Positions 24,879 to 37,100 of a DNA stretch of 64,000 nucleotides are shown in pieces; within the stretch, counting starts at the first letter, position 1, and each line of letters begins with the position of its first letter. Made by a program: the position numbers and the translations under genes. Origin of the DNA: the human T2T-CHM13v2.0 reference genome, Homo sapiens; NCBI RefSeq assembly GCF_009914755.1, contig NC_060927.1, one strand, 5' to 3'. The notes below the pieces were generated by a model that worked only from the letters and a program-made list of their open reading frames with translations, was not told the origin of the DNA and searched no databases.

Positions 24879-25256
24879 AGGAGGCTTCCAAGATGGCCGA
24901 ATAGGAACAGCTCCCAGCGAGATTGACGCAGAAGACGGGTGATTTCCGTATTTCCAACTGAGCCTCCACTGGTGATACCCAGGCAAACAGGGTCTGGAGT
25001 GGACCTCCAGCAAACTCCAACAGACCTGCAGCTGAGGGGCCTGTCGGTTAGAAGGAAAACTAACAAACAGAAAAGAATAGCATCAACATCAACAAAAAGG
25101 ACATCCACACCAAAAACTCATCCGTAGGTCACCAACATCAAAGACCAAATGTTGATAAAACCACAAAGATGGGGAGAAACTGGAGCAGAAAGGCTAAAAA
25201 TTCCAAAAACCATAATGCCTCTTCTCCAAAGAAACACAACTCCTCGCCAGCAACAA
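24879..25256 (+). mobile_element. L1PA6-like LINE-1 5' end with internal 5'UTR deletion (apparently spliced), truncated early in ORF1
   Basis: Starts at the L1 5' terminus ggaggcttccaagatggccgaataggaacagctcc; junction ...tttccaactgag|cctccactggtgatacccagg at 24962/24963; ORF1 ATG at 25169; flanking direct repeats agaagttgtgaaagagtc/agaagttgttgtagggtc. Confidence 0.92.
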
Positions 25257-25669
25257 AGAAGTTGTTGTAGGGTCTGGGCCAGGCTTCCAGGCCATCTTCA
25301 CAAATCACAGTTTCCCATAATGAAGATGTGCAACATTAGACTCAGGCTTTCCCTGTCAGTGTCAGGGCCCATGACTCAAGCTGGGCCAGTCAGAGCCTTC
25401 CCTGAGAACTTTGCTGGCCCTTTAAGGAAATAAGCACACTCTTTTGGCTAATGGGGTACGCTGATTGGCAATTCTGGGTCATCTCTGAGACTCTGTCACT
25501 GACAGCCCTGCCAAGAGGGAGAAGGACAGTTTCCAAAAGGGAGAAATGCAAAGCTGCCAGACAAACAGAAATAACAGATGTGCTCTTGGCTCATCGACTC
25601 AACATCACTTAATATAAGAACATCCCCGTGCCACCTTCAAAATGAGACATTCAACCTGGCAAAGGCAAT

Positions 25670-26247
25670 AAGATGCTTCTCCCAATTACCTACAACATCC
25701 CTAGTGGAGAAGCCCTTCCTTTTGCTGGTTCACGGAGCCCTGATGTTCCGGTGTCTACCTTCCTTCCAGAAGGTAGGTGCTCCCCAAGATTCATCTGGAA
25801 CCCCAGCACCAGAGAGTGCAACATGATTTGTCTAAGCTACTCATGGTGGTTTCATCCCCTTGCTGGGGATCAGTCTAAGCATGGGCCTGTGACTCCATTC
25901 AGGCTGATGACATGTGACAGGGGATGTCTGTTGATGGGCAGCAGAAATACACAGGAAGAGCCCCTCTCTCTTCTTCCACTGGCTGTTGTCAATGTCTACA
26001 TATGCTTTCTGGAGCTATGGCAGCCACATTGTGGCTGTGAGGAGGAGGTAGTCAACTCACTGAGGTTGGCGAAGCAGAAAGGTGGCAAAACCATGGGTCT
26101 TGCTGTGTAGTAAGCTGCTAAATTAACCAATGCTGGAGCCCACCCTACCTCTAGACTTCTACTTCAGTGAAATAATGAATTCCTTATTGTTCATGGCACT
26201 TGATAGAGTCAGGCTTTTTGTTTCTTGTGGCTCAAAACATTCTAAGC
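25670..26247 (+). mobile_element. MLT1K-like solo LTR
   Basis: ctggagctatggcagccacattgtg...gcagaaaggtggcaaaaccatgggtctt...ctacctctagacttct. Confidence 0.75.
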
Positions 26248-27015
<768 letters not shown>

Positions 27016-27404
27016 CACCATCTTTCTCCTGTCTTTTACTCCTCTCTTTAATCCCTCCATGGAGTGTCTCAGGATTGAGACAGCGACCTGAAATCTCTGT
27101 CACTCAAAGCCATGGCAAGGACTCTCCATCTGCGGCCTGAGTTCCCCTGGCTTCTTTGTATTTCCACAGATGAGCCATGTGCTTTGCTCAGCCCACAGAG
27201 CTCATGCAAAGACAGTTGTGGCCTCTCTTGGCCCATAAGGAGCACCCAGTAAGACAGGGCAAAAAGGAGGTGGGGTCAGAAATCATTTTGACATGCAGAT
27301 GCCACAGGGAGACACCAAAGGGAAGGGGACAAGGAGTAGGAAAAAGCTAGAGGGCATACCCTGCCCTGGGATCATGGAGAGAAGGCAGCCATGAGGGCAG
27401 GGAA

Positions 27405-27560
27405 CAAAGTGACTTAAGTTCTGGTGCCTCAGTTTTCTCATCCATATAATGGGCATATTGATAGTATCCACATGATAGGATTCTGAAGAGGATTAGGTGT
27501 GTTAATACATTCAAGGTGCTTAGCGCAGTGCATGTTACATAATGTTTGCTAGTATTTTAT
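27405..27560 (+). mobile_element. MIR SINE
   Basis: gtgcctcagttttctcatccatataatggg...gaggattagg...gtgcttagcgcagtgc. Confidence 0.8.
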
Positions 27561-27634
27561 TATGTTTTAAAAGAGGGGGAAGAAAGAAAGCTAAAAGGTA
27601 AGCAAGCTGATCTGCTGGGATACAGTAGGAAGAG

Positions 27635-27815
27635 AATGGGAGGAGAGTGGAAAAGAGAGAAAAGGAAGGAGGAGAGAAAAGGAAGGAGGAGGGAAGGAAG
27701 GAAAGAAGGAAGGAAGAAAGGAAGGAAGGAGGAAAGGAAAGGAAAGGAAGGGAGGAGGAAGAGGGAGGGCAGGAGGAGTGGGGAAGGAGGGAAAGTGAGG
27801 GGAGGGAGGGAGAAA
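27635..27815. repeat. GA-rich / (GGAA)n-like low-complexity purine tract
   Basis: Almost pure A/G on the + strand. Confidence 0.95.
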
Positions 27816-28349
27816 GGATCTTTCCATTGCAACAGCTTCAACTTTGCCCAAAGAGGCAAAGCAAAATCCAAACAGGGTTTACAATGTTTACTCACTCAAA
27901 GAACATAAAGAAGATCCAGGATGGAGCAGAGCCAGCTCTGTATTAAATTCCCCAGCTTTCCAGCATCCCGGATTCCCCTGCACGGAGCTTCTCCTCTCCT
28001 CTAGTAACAGAAAGGACTTTCATCACTTCTATCTCCCCCTTACTCACAGAGAGCTTCTGAGAGAGCGGTGAAGGGTGGGCAAGGGTTTAAAAAAAAAAAA
28101 GTGGGAGAGAGCTGGGAGGGTGCTTAGGAATAGGAGGGGAAGGTGCCCAGAGAAAGGGCCCATCAGAAACCTGCGGCCTGAGCCCCGCCAGTGGCCAGCA
28201 GGGCCTCCTTCCAGGATGCTGGGTAGGAAAGGCCGCCAGTGTTTGTCTACTTGCCAAAATTCCAAATGCTCCGAGAGCTGGGGCATAGGATTTATGGGGA
28301 TATTTTCACTCAAGGTGCTACACTGGGGGCTTTCCATCATGAGCCATAG

Positions 28350-28582
28350 ATGGAGGGAGGGACAGAAGGGCACATAGGGGGAAAGGGAGGAGGAGCTAGC
28401 CGGAAGGAGGAGGCAGTAGTGGGGAAGGAAGAGGAGGAGGGAGAGGGCAGCAGGAGAGAAGGTTGGAGAGCAGGGAGGAAGGAGGAGGAGGGAAGGAGTA
28501 GGAGGGAGAGAAAGAAGAAAGGAGCAGGGAGGAAGGAGGCGAGGTACGACAGGGAGAGGGCATGGAGGGGAGGGGAGGAAGA
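28350..28582. repeat. GA-rich low-complexity purine tract
   Basis: Strongly purine-biased GGAGG/GAAG repeats. Confidence 0.9.
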
Positions 28583-28849
28583 GCTAACTCTGAATGTAGC
28601 CGGAGCCCAGAAGTTTCCAAGTCTCCCTCCTAGCTCCTCTGTCTTCTGTCCCCACCCACCCACTCATTTCCCATATGAATCCTGAACACCTTCTCCTTCA
28701 AGAAGGAGCTGCTGTGGAACAGGCATTCAGGAAAGTAGGGTTCCCATGGAGCTGGGACTCCAGTTTCCCCCAATCACTGGCAAGCTCTTGCTCCACTGCA
28801 AGTAATCTTGGCAAGCTCTTCTCCACTCTGATGCCCAATTTCCTCACAC

Positions 28850-29080
28850 TTCTTTCCTTCCTTCCCTCCTTCCCTCCCTCCCTTCCTCCCTCCCTCCCTT
28901 CTTTCCTTCCTTCCTTCCTTCCTTCCTTCCTTGCTTCCTTCCTTTCCTTTCCTTTTGGAATGGAGTCTTACTCTGTTGCCCAGGCTTCAGTGCAGTGGCA
29001 CAATCATAGTTCATTGCAGCCTCGAACGCCTGGGCTCCAGTGATCCTCCCACCCCAGCCTCCCCAGTAGCTGGGACCACC
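28850..29080 (-). mobile_element. Partial AluJ-like right arm with (TTCC/TCCC)n tail, inserted in a MIR
   Basis: ggagtcttactctgttgcccaggct...cagcctccccagtagctgggacca; flanking repeats atgcccaatttcctc/atccccaattgcctc. Confidence 0.88.
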
Positions 29081-29224
29081 ATCCCCAATTGCCTCGTTTT
29101 TAAAGTGGTGGATAGGGGCTGGGCTAGATGAGCTCCTAGCTTTCTCTCAGCTTGTGCTTCTGGAATTTGTTTGACATTTAATAACCAAAATCAACTTTTC
29201 CTAGTACCCTATGTATCAAGTTCT

Positions 29225-29365
29225 ATGGCCATCCCCATTTTACAGATGAAGAGAGGAGGCTTGGAGCTAAATTGTCCAAGACTACTTGTCCAGGAGCTGG
29301 CAGAACTGAGGTTTGAATCCAACCTGTGCAGCCTTAAAGCTCACCTGTCTCCCTAACCACCACTG
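29225..29365 (-). mobile_element. MIR SINE
   Basis: atccccattttacagatgaaga...ggcagaactgaggtttgaatcca. Confidence 0.8.
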
Positions 29366-29647
29366 GAAAGCCTCTCTAATCCGGAAGTGTGGGCAGACCT
29401 ATCTGTTTCTCCTTCTACCCTTCCAGAAGCCCAAACGTTAGCCAGGCACATGGCTGCCCAGAATCAAAATGACGTGTGCAACTCTCTGGCAGCTACATAT
29501 GGCTGTTGACTGTTCTGGCCAACGGGATGTGTAGGGAAGTGAAATGTACAACCATGGGTCATGCCCCAACAAGGAAGGTGCACGCTTCCTCTACCTGCTC
29601 TCCCTTTCCTGCCCACACAATGTGAGTCTGGTGATAAACTATCTTGG

Positions 29648-29800
29648 TAGGGCCAGGACTAGAGGGAGGTCAGGGAGGCACCTAGAGTACAAAATTTACA
29701 GAGGCGCTCACTCTTTGGGTTGCAAAATGCAGACCAAGAAGAAAGGCCTGGGTGAATGTTGTTCCCTGTACCTTACTCACTTCATCCTATTCCTGGCCTT
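29648..29800. mobile_element. MER91-like (hAT-Tip100)
   Basis: Ends tagggccaggactag ... cctattcctggccttg; internal tacaaaatttacagaggcgctcactct. Confidence 0.7.
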
Positions 29801-29969
29801 GTATTTTGGAGCATATGGAAAGGGCAAGATGCTTAGAATGTGGGAGCCCCTGCATTGTGGAGCAGAGCCCCATCTCAACCACTAACAACTCACTGGGGCT
29901 GAAGGTGGGGTGGGTGGGCAGGAAGCATTATGGAGCATGGAGAAGAGACTACTTTGGTCAGCATGTTTT

Positions 29970-30618
29970 GCACTATCTCCAGCTGCTTCCTCAGCAGGGG
30001 CTGAGGGGCCCATGCTCCCCAAATGCATTTTTGTCCCTCCAATCCATTCTCCAAGCTACAGCTGGGAGAATCTTTCCAAAACAAGATGTTTTCCATTGTT
30101 CTCAAAATAACACACAAGAATAACAAGCAGAAGAGCATCCCTCACTGGCCCACCAGGTCCTGCCCCATCTGGTCCCTTCCTTCCTCCACGGATCTCTTGC
30201 ACCACTCTCTGTGATTAGCCACCAAACACACTCGAGCTCCCTGAAACCCCCACCAGGGCATATGGTGCCTCTCAGCCTGGAACATCCTCCCCATCCCCTC
30301 TCGCTTCGCCTCCTTGTTTGTTCCCTGGCCTTCAGATCTTAGCTTAAGTGTCACTTCCTCGAGGACACCTCCCCCCACCCCTGACAGGCCAGCTCCCACC
30401 ATATGCATGCCTGCAGCCCCCATGTTCTCTCCCCTTATGGCTCTCCTCGCAGATGTTGCTTCTCCCTGGTTTGTGCCATCAAGTCATTATTGTCTCCCTT
30501 CAAGACTGTGGGGACACCAAAGCCATTTATTTCTCATTCACCTCGCAATCTTCCAGGTCTAGCACAGTGTCTGGCACCTGATGATGCTCGATAAATGTTT
30601 GGCAAATGAGTAAATGAA
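29970..30618 (+). mobile_element. L2 LINE 3' end
   Basis: aatccattctcca...gcttaagtgtcacttcctc...ctagcacagtgtctggcac...ataaatgtttggcaaatgagtaaatgaa. Confidence 0.85.
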
Positions 30619-30624
30619 AGAGGC

Positions 30625-31015
30625 TGCTATGGTTTGAACGTTTGTCCCCTCCGAAATGCATGTTGAAATTTAATCTCCAATGTGGCAGGATTGGGAGGTG
30701 GAGCCTTTAAGAGGTCATGAGAGCTCTGCCCTCAGGAATGGATGAATGGGTTAATGGATTATCATGGCAGTGGGACTGGTGGGTTTATAGGAAGAGGAAG
30801 AGAGATTTGGACTAGTACACTCGGTCCCCTCGCCCTGTGATGCCCTGAGCCATCCCAGGACTCTACAGAGTCCCCATCAGCAAGAAGGTCCTCACCAGAC
30901 GTGGCCCCAGGATCTTGGACTTCTCAGCCTCCATATATATGAGAAATATTTTTTTCTTCATATACTACCCAGTTTCAGATAGTCTGTTAAAAGCAACAAA
31001 AGACAGACTAAAACA
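30625..31015 (+). mobile_element. MST (MSTC-like) solo LTR
   Basis: tgctatggtttgaacgtttgtcccctcc...ggactctacagagtccccatcagcaagaagg...gactaaaaca; TSD GAGGC/GAGAC. Confidence 0.9.
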
Positions 31016-31389
31016 GAGACCCTGGGACTGTGGGGGCACCTGGGCACAGTGGATGAGGCTAAGGCAGCCAAGAGCAATGCCAGGGCTGAGCTACCAAGAA
31101 ACAGATCCTCATACAAGTCACACCCTCTGTCTCCGTCTGACTTGGCCTACGATACACTGGTTCTAAGGAGATCAGAAGAATACCTCAGAGCCTACCACGG
31201 CCCTCCCTTCCATTCCAAAGTCATGGCTTATTAACTACCTATCTGCTCTGGGCAAGTCACGCCTCAGAGCCTCAGTTTTACCACCTATAAAGTGGGAGAA
31301 TCCAAGGGATCTGCCAGTCTACTTTTTTTGAGATTATCGTGATTCTCAAAATGAGATAATGTAAAGAAACATGAAACAAATTAAAATTA

Positions 31390-31850
31390 TTTCTATTGCC
31401 CCACTGAGAAGTGGGGTCTATTTTCTTCATCCTCGGAACCTGGGCTGCCCCTGTGACTGCTTTCACAAATGGAATATGGAAGAAGTGACTACATGCCAGC
31501 TCCAGGCCTCACTTTTAAGAGAACAGCAGCTTCCACTTCCTCTTTGAAACTTAGCCACCTTGCTGTGAGGAAGCCCAAGCAGCCTTGTGGAGGAGCCTAC
31601 ATGAAGGAAAACTGAAGCAGCCCCAGCTGAGCTCACAGCTGGCAGCCAGCACCGGTTTGCCTGCTATGTGAGTGAGCTTTCTTGGAAAAGCCTCTAGTGC
31701 CAGTTGAGCTGCCCATCAAACCCTGCCAAAGTTGCAAAACTGTGAGAAGATAGATTAAAAAAAAATTGTTGTTGTTTTAAATCACGAAATTCTTTGGAGA
31801 GGAGGGAGAAAATGGGATTTATTGTGCAGCAGTAGATAACCAAAGCAACA
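31390..31850 (+). mobile_element. MLT1F/G-like LTR
   Basis: gaagtggggtctatttt...gccaccttgctgtgaggaagcccaagcagcc...gcagcagtagataaccaaagca. Confidence 0.78.
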
Positions 31851-31894
31851 TTCTTTGGACTTGTGTAGTTCTTACTACTTGCCTATATCTCCAA

Positions 31895-32140
31895 CCCAGG
31901 GCAGTACTGTTCCCCTGGGGGTGTTTTGAAAATGAGAGTAGGGCAGGGTGGACATATTTTTGTTTTTTGTTTGTCAGAATGACCAGGTTTGGGGAGTGGG
32001 AGAGATTGTGCTACTGGCATTTAGTGCCAACAGGACCAGGGATATTGAATGTTCTACAATGCTTCAGATAGTCACCCACAATGAATTGCCCCACATAAAA
32101 TGACAATAGTGGTCCCATAGAAAAAAAGTAAGGCCCTGAA
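31895..32140. mobile_element. MER20B-like hAT element
   Basis: gtgctactggcatttagtg...accagggatattgaatgttctacaatgc...gaattgcccc. Confidence 0.6.
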
Positions 32141-32196
32141 TGGAAAAAGGGTTTAAAGATAAAGATAGAGATGAAATTAAAAAATATAATAATTCA

Positions 32197-32508
32197 GGCC
32201 AGGAGCAATGTCTCATGCTTGTAATCTCGGTGCTTTGGGAGGCCAAGGTGGGATAATTGCTTAAGGGCATGAGTTCGAGAGCATCCTGGGCAATATGCAA
32301 GACACATTACTACAAAATTAAACATTAAAAAAGTGTCCAGGTCTGATGGCACACAGCTGTAGTCCTAGCTACTCAGGAGGCTGAGACAGGAGGATCCCTT
32401 GAGTCCAGGAATTCGAGGGTGCAGTGAGCTATAATTGTGCCACTGCACTCCAGCCTGGGCAACAGAGTACAAACCTTGACTCTAATTTTTTTTTTAATTA
32501 AAAAAAAA
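32197..32508 (+). mobile_element. AluJ
   Basis: Diverged dimer with J-type ggaggatcccttgagtccagg...gcagtgagctat. Confidence 0.95.
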
Positions 32509-32703
32509 TGGTGTAAACGGCTTTCTAAGGAAAGAAAAATAGGATTCATCTCAAAGCCAACTTTGATTGCTCAGAGTGGCTGCCTGGAGGGTTGTACAGA
32601 GAATGTGTTTTGGAGATGCACGTGAACTGAGCACAGAAATGGTGCTGTGATGAACTAGTGATGTCTGCCACTGGCAAGGAAAGGGAGAGTGATGGCCTTT
32701 AAG

Positions 32704-32836
32704 TAGGGTGACTATATCCTTTAGCATCCAAACTGGAAGACTTTTAGGAGGAAAGGGGGCACTAATAATAAGTACACTGGGAAAACAGGCATAAGCTGGG
32801 ACTGTCTCAGTAAAATCAGGACACCTGCTCATCCCA
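32704..32836. mobile_element. MER94 (hAT-Blackjack)
   Basis: tagggtgactatat...catccaaactggaagactttt...aaagggggcacta...gggactgtc. Confidence 0.78.
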
Positions 32837-35645
32837 TGCCATGGATGTAGTCACTAGTGCACCCTGATATGTAGCTTAGAGGCAACCCAAATAGGGGCTG
32901 TCTAGACCTACAAGCCCCTGAGATCCTAAACGTTAATTTTTCTTTTAAGTACTCTGTTTCGGTGTGTGGTTAGGTATGAAGAATTGTTCTAAAGAACGCA
33001 TTAAAAATTAATTAAAAGAGTTTCCTCTAATATTTAATCTTACCAGCCATGTACTCTGAGTGATGTATTCCCAGTCAGCGTGTCAGGTCCTGAATAATTA
33101 AAAGAGAAGGGGAGTGTGATTCAGCCCCTTGAGGAGGCTTTCCAGGGTTTTAGAATCAGCACAGACCCAGGATTGCATCAGCTAAGGAAAAGTTCTGCAT
33201 TGACCAGCAGGGTCCAGTTCAGTCTCTACTCTAAGGCCGGCTTCACCACAAGGACAGGTACAGTCCAGGCTAATAGAAGCCTCAGAGAGAGATGGAGATG
33301 AATTCGGTTCTGCTGAGCCATCAGCCCCCAAGACATCTCATCCTTACCTCCCTTCCCTCCCTGATAAGGAGGGAGAGGCAGCAGTGAATTATGGAAGCCT
33401 TCCCAGGGCTCCCCCATGAGTTTAGCGCCTCCATATTTCCTCATCTCCAAGATGCATGCCCCTTCATTTTGTAACATTTCGGAAATCAAGACATGAGTTA
33501 AAATCAATGGGGGGATTTAAGGCAGTACTTCTTGGGAGGTGTCACGAAACCTCCCAAGAGCTAAGAGACTTGCTCCCAGCTGTACCCTGGCTCTGCCATT
33601 TCCCAACTGGGTGGCCCCAGGCAAACTGCACCTTCTCTGTAAATTGAGGCTATTAATAATAGCACCTAATCGATAATAAATAAAAGGAGGCTTGAGTGCA
33701 GTGTCTGGCAGGTAGTAAGATCCCAACATATGTTAGCTATTGTTTCTTCTTGTTTATCTTCTGCATGCTGTTATTAAATGGGTCTAAAAATCCTCTTCAG
33801 TGCATCTGCAGTACTCTCAGCCTCAGAAAGAGCTCAAAAGTAATGACTACGGAGCTCAATCTTTGGTGACCACCAGTATGGATTATGGCCTATTTTTGGA
33901 GTATTGGGTAGGAGACATTCCTATTTGATAGCAGGACTTGACTCAATATCGTTTCTACTCAGCTAAATGTGGGAAAGATAAAGATCATCTTCCCAACTTC
34001 CAACCCTCCTTTTTACCATAATTTGATGCATTCAGCCTAAGACATGAGCTTTCTTTTCTTTTAGCAACGGGCGTTCATCATTAGGGCAGTGGAAAGGGAG
34101 AAAAAAGAAGGAGGAGAATTTTCATCTGGGCACCAGTACACAAAATAAGGCTGTCAGCCGTCATGGCAAGTGAAGAAAGTTGCAGGCCCAGTGGTTCCAA
34201 GAGACGGTGAAAAAAACAAGTTTTGGATCTATACAGCCCTGAGCCTGCCATCCAGTTCCCCACAGGCTCCCCGCTCTGTCATATGTGGTTGTTGGGATAA
34301 TCTATTGAAATAATGCATGCAAGCTATGTAAGATACAGCCAGCCTCCTACTAAACCCTCAGTAAATGTTGACTGTTATTTTTGAGATCTAGAAGTCACTC
34401 AGACCCATATTGGGCAGGATTGTTAAGGACAAATAACAGAATCTACTCACGCTTGCTTAACCAGAAAAAAAAATAATGTATTAGAGGAGATAAGCTCGCT
34501 CACAGCACAGCAACCCGAGGAGGACTATGTACGGAAGGCCACTCTGAAGCTTCACAGCCAGGAGCCATGTCCGGCCACACCGTGGGGACTTCTGAGAAAA
34601 CACTGCTCTTCTGTCATTGAGGAAAGCTCCTCAGACACACAGAACCACTATCCAGGGCCCCTCTCGACTGCCCCTGAAGGGCAGAATTCCTTGGCCACTG
34701 TGCTTGCCAGATGATGGGGTTCCCTTTGTGTGGCCGTGTCCTCGGAGTGCTCACTTCTGAACACTGGGCTCCCGTGGGGCCCTCGAATGTGCAGGCCCTT
34801 GCAGGGTCATGTTGTGAAATGCCAGGGAGTCCAGCAATGCATGTCTGCTTCCTTCCATCCTGTTAAGGCTGGACTCAAAACAAGGAAAATTGCCTAAAAT
34901 GGAGGAAGAGGGTTTCTGAGTGATGGGCAGCCACAAATGACCAATGTCTGCTCCATGCTACTCTGTCCCTTGGGATTTGGGTCAACTCGGCTCAGACCCC
35001 TGCACCCAGCCTGCATGATGCCAGGGCCCTTCCCACAATGGCAACAGGTTGCCCACCTTACTTCTCCACCTTTGTGTCTGCTGTGCCTGCTCAATTTGGA
35101 CTGTACATGGACCCTGGCCCCTTCACTTGCTTTACAAGAATCCTGCCACCTGCATGAATTGCACAGCTTAGTAACTTTCCAGAAGGCTTGAGGAGTCACC
35201 AGGAGAGATTATCCTGCCCACATCTTCTCCCTCGGAGTCCCATCATCTCTCCCCTGGCCTCTGCTCCCTTCTAAAAGCCCAGGCTCCCCACCCATGACCC
35301 TCTGCCTCAAATGGCCCCTGAGAAGCAACAGCTTAGCCTTCCCTGAGATTCTGTGGGGAGTAGTCCCACCAGACAGCAGCCTCCCAAGGGCTGTGCCCAA
35401 GAATTCTGATTAATGTCATTTCCCCACTCCTGTAAATTGCTGTCTCCATCATCGTTGATGTCATCTTCATCTCCCTAAGATGCTAGAGCTTTTTGCTGGG
35501 GGCAGGGACCTTTAGGGTCTTCAAAGTTTCCCAGTTGGTCAAAGACTAGCTACTGGTCCATTTAGCTCAAGGATGCCAGCCTCTGGCTGAAATTGTAATC
35601 AGGAAGATAAAGCAGGGGCTGTTTGACTGAGTATCATCCCATGCC

Positions 35646-36117
35646 TGTCTTTCTCTTGGTTCTCCCCCAAAGCAGACCCCAAGACAAGGCTTGGAGTACA
35701 GTTTATTAGGAGGTGATATTAGGAAGCACCAGTAGGAGAGAAGGGAAGGGAAATAAGGATGGAAGGTGACATTAATAAATGAGTTACCACTATGAGCAAC
35801 TGGAGCTCAATCCCCCTGGACATTCTCTGAGAGGCTGCATAGATTACAACTCAAAATCATCCTGTCCAGAGATAGGGAGGCTGGGTATCCACCCCGCAGC
35901 TCGCAGTCCTCACTGACTGAGGGCTGTTCACAGGGCATTCATTCTTGGCACTTGCAGCCTCCTCGGTGCCCTGCTAGGCTTGCTCTGCATTCAGAGAGAA
36001 CCTTTGGGCAGGGAGACACTGGTGCTTGAGGTAAGAGCCATGCTGTGCACACCAAGCTGCAGGTGACTCCAGGGTGGCCTGGAGAAGAAGTGCAGGCACT
36101 GGCGGCCTCTATGATCA
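35646..36117 (-). mobile_element. LTR16-family (ERVL) solo LTR
   Basis: aagcagaccccaagacaagg...gtttattaggaggtgat...gcaactggagctcaatccc...gactgagggctg. Confidence 0.78.
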
Positions 36118-36124
36118 TTAGCAC

Positions 36125-36890
36125 TGCTTTCATTTGCTCAGGCTGCCATAGCAAAGCACGGTCAGCCCTCTGCATCTGTGGGTTCCACATCTATGGAATC
36201 AAGAATATTCAGGGGGAAAAACTACATCTGTACTGAACATGCACAGACTTTTTTTTCCTGTCATTATTCCCTAAACAATATGACATAACAAGTACTTACG
36301 TGGCATTTATATTGTATTAGATATTATCAGGAATCTGGAGATGGTTTAAGGTATATAGGAAGGTGTGCATAGTTTATATGCAAATACTATGCCATTTTAT
36401 ATCAAGGACTTGAGTATCCTTGGATTTTGGGTGCACGGGGGTCCTGAAACCAATCCCCCATGGATACCAAGTGATGACTGTACCAAAAACTGGGTGGCTT
36501 TAAATGACAGTGTATTCTCTCCCAGTCCTGGAGGCTAGTCCAAAATCAAGGCTTCAGCTGGGCTGTGCTCCCTCTGAAGGCTCTGGGAAAGAATCCACCT
36601 TGCCAAGGCAGTTCTTAACAATCATCGGTGTTCCTTGGCTTGTGGCCACATAACTTACCTCTGCCCTCACAGGCCCATCTTCTCTGAGTCTTAGCTCTGT
36701 GTGTATCTGGCTCTGTGTCCCAATTTCCCCCTTTAAGAACACCAACCACATTGGAAAGGGCCCATCTCACCCAGTGACCTCAACTAATTACATCTGCAAC
36801 AATCCTATTTCCAAATAAAGTCCCATTCTCAGGAACTGGGGGTTAAGGCTTCAACATATCTTTTTGGAGGGATGCAATTTGATGCCCACC
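36125..36890 (-). mobile_element. MLT1C-like solo LTR interrupted by MER2
   Basis: ggctgccatagcaaag | taccaaaaactgggtggcttt...ccctctgaaggctctgggaaagaatcc...aattacatctgcaac...atttccaaataa. Confidence 0.87.
36159..36480. mobile_element. MER2 (TcMar-Tigger)
   Basis: cggtcagccctctgcatctgtgggttccacatc ... ccaatcccccatggataccaagtgatgactg|TA; inserted at the TA of the MLT1C aaagTAcc motif. Confidence 0.92.
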
Positions 36891-37100
36891 AGGCACCTTA
36901 TATGTGTTATATTCTTCAATCGTGACAGCAGCTGTGAGACAGGTGTGCTTCTCCAGGTATCACACAGAGGAAATTGAGGCCCTGAGAGGTGAAGCGACCC
37001 TCTTGAGAGCCCCCAGGTAGGAAGCTGCAGAGCTGGAAGCTGAACACAGCTCTGTGACAGGCTGAAGTCCATCATGTGCTCTTCTAAACAGTATTGTCTG
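36891..37100 (-). mobile_element. MIR SINE
   Basis: agaggaaattgaggccctgagaggtgaagcgac. Confidence 0.7.
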
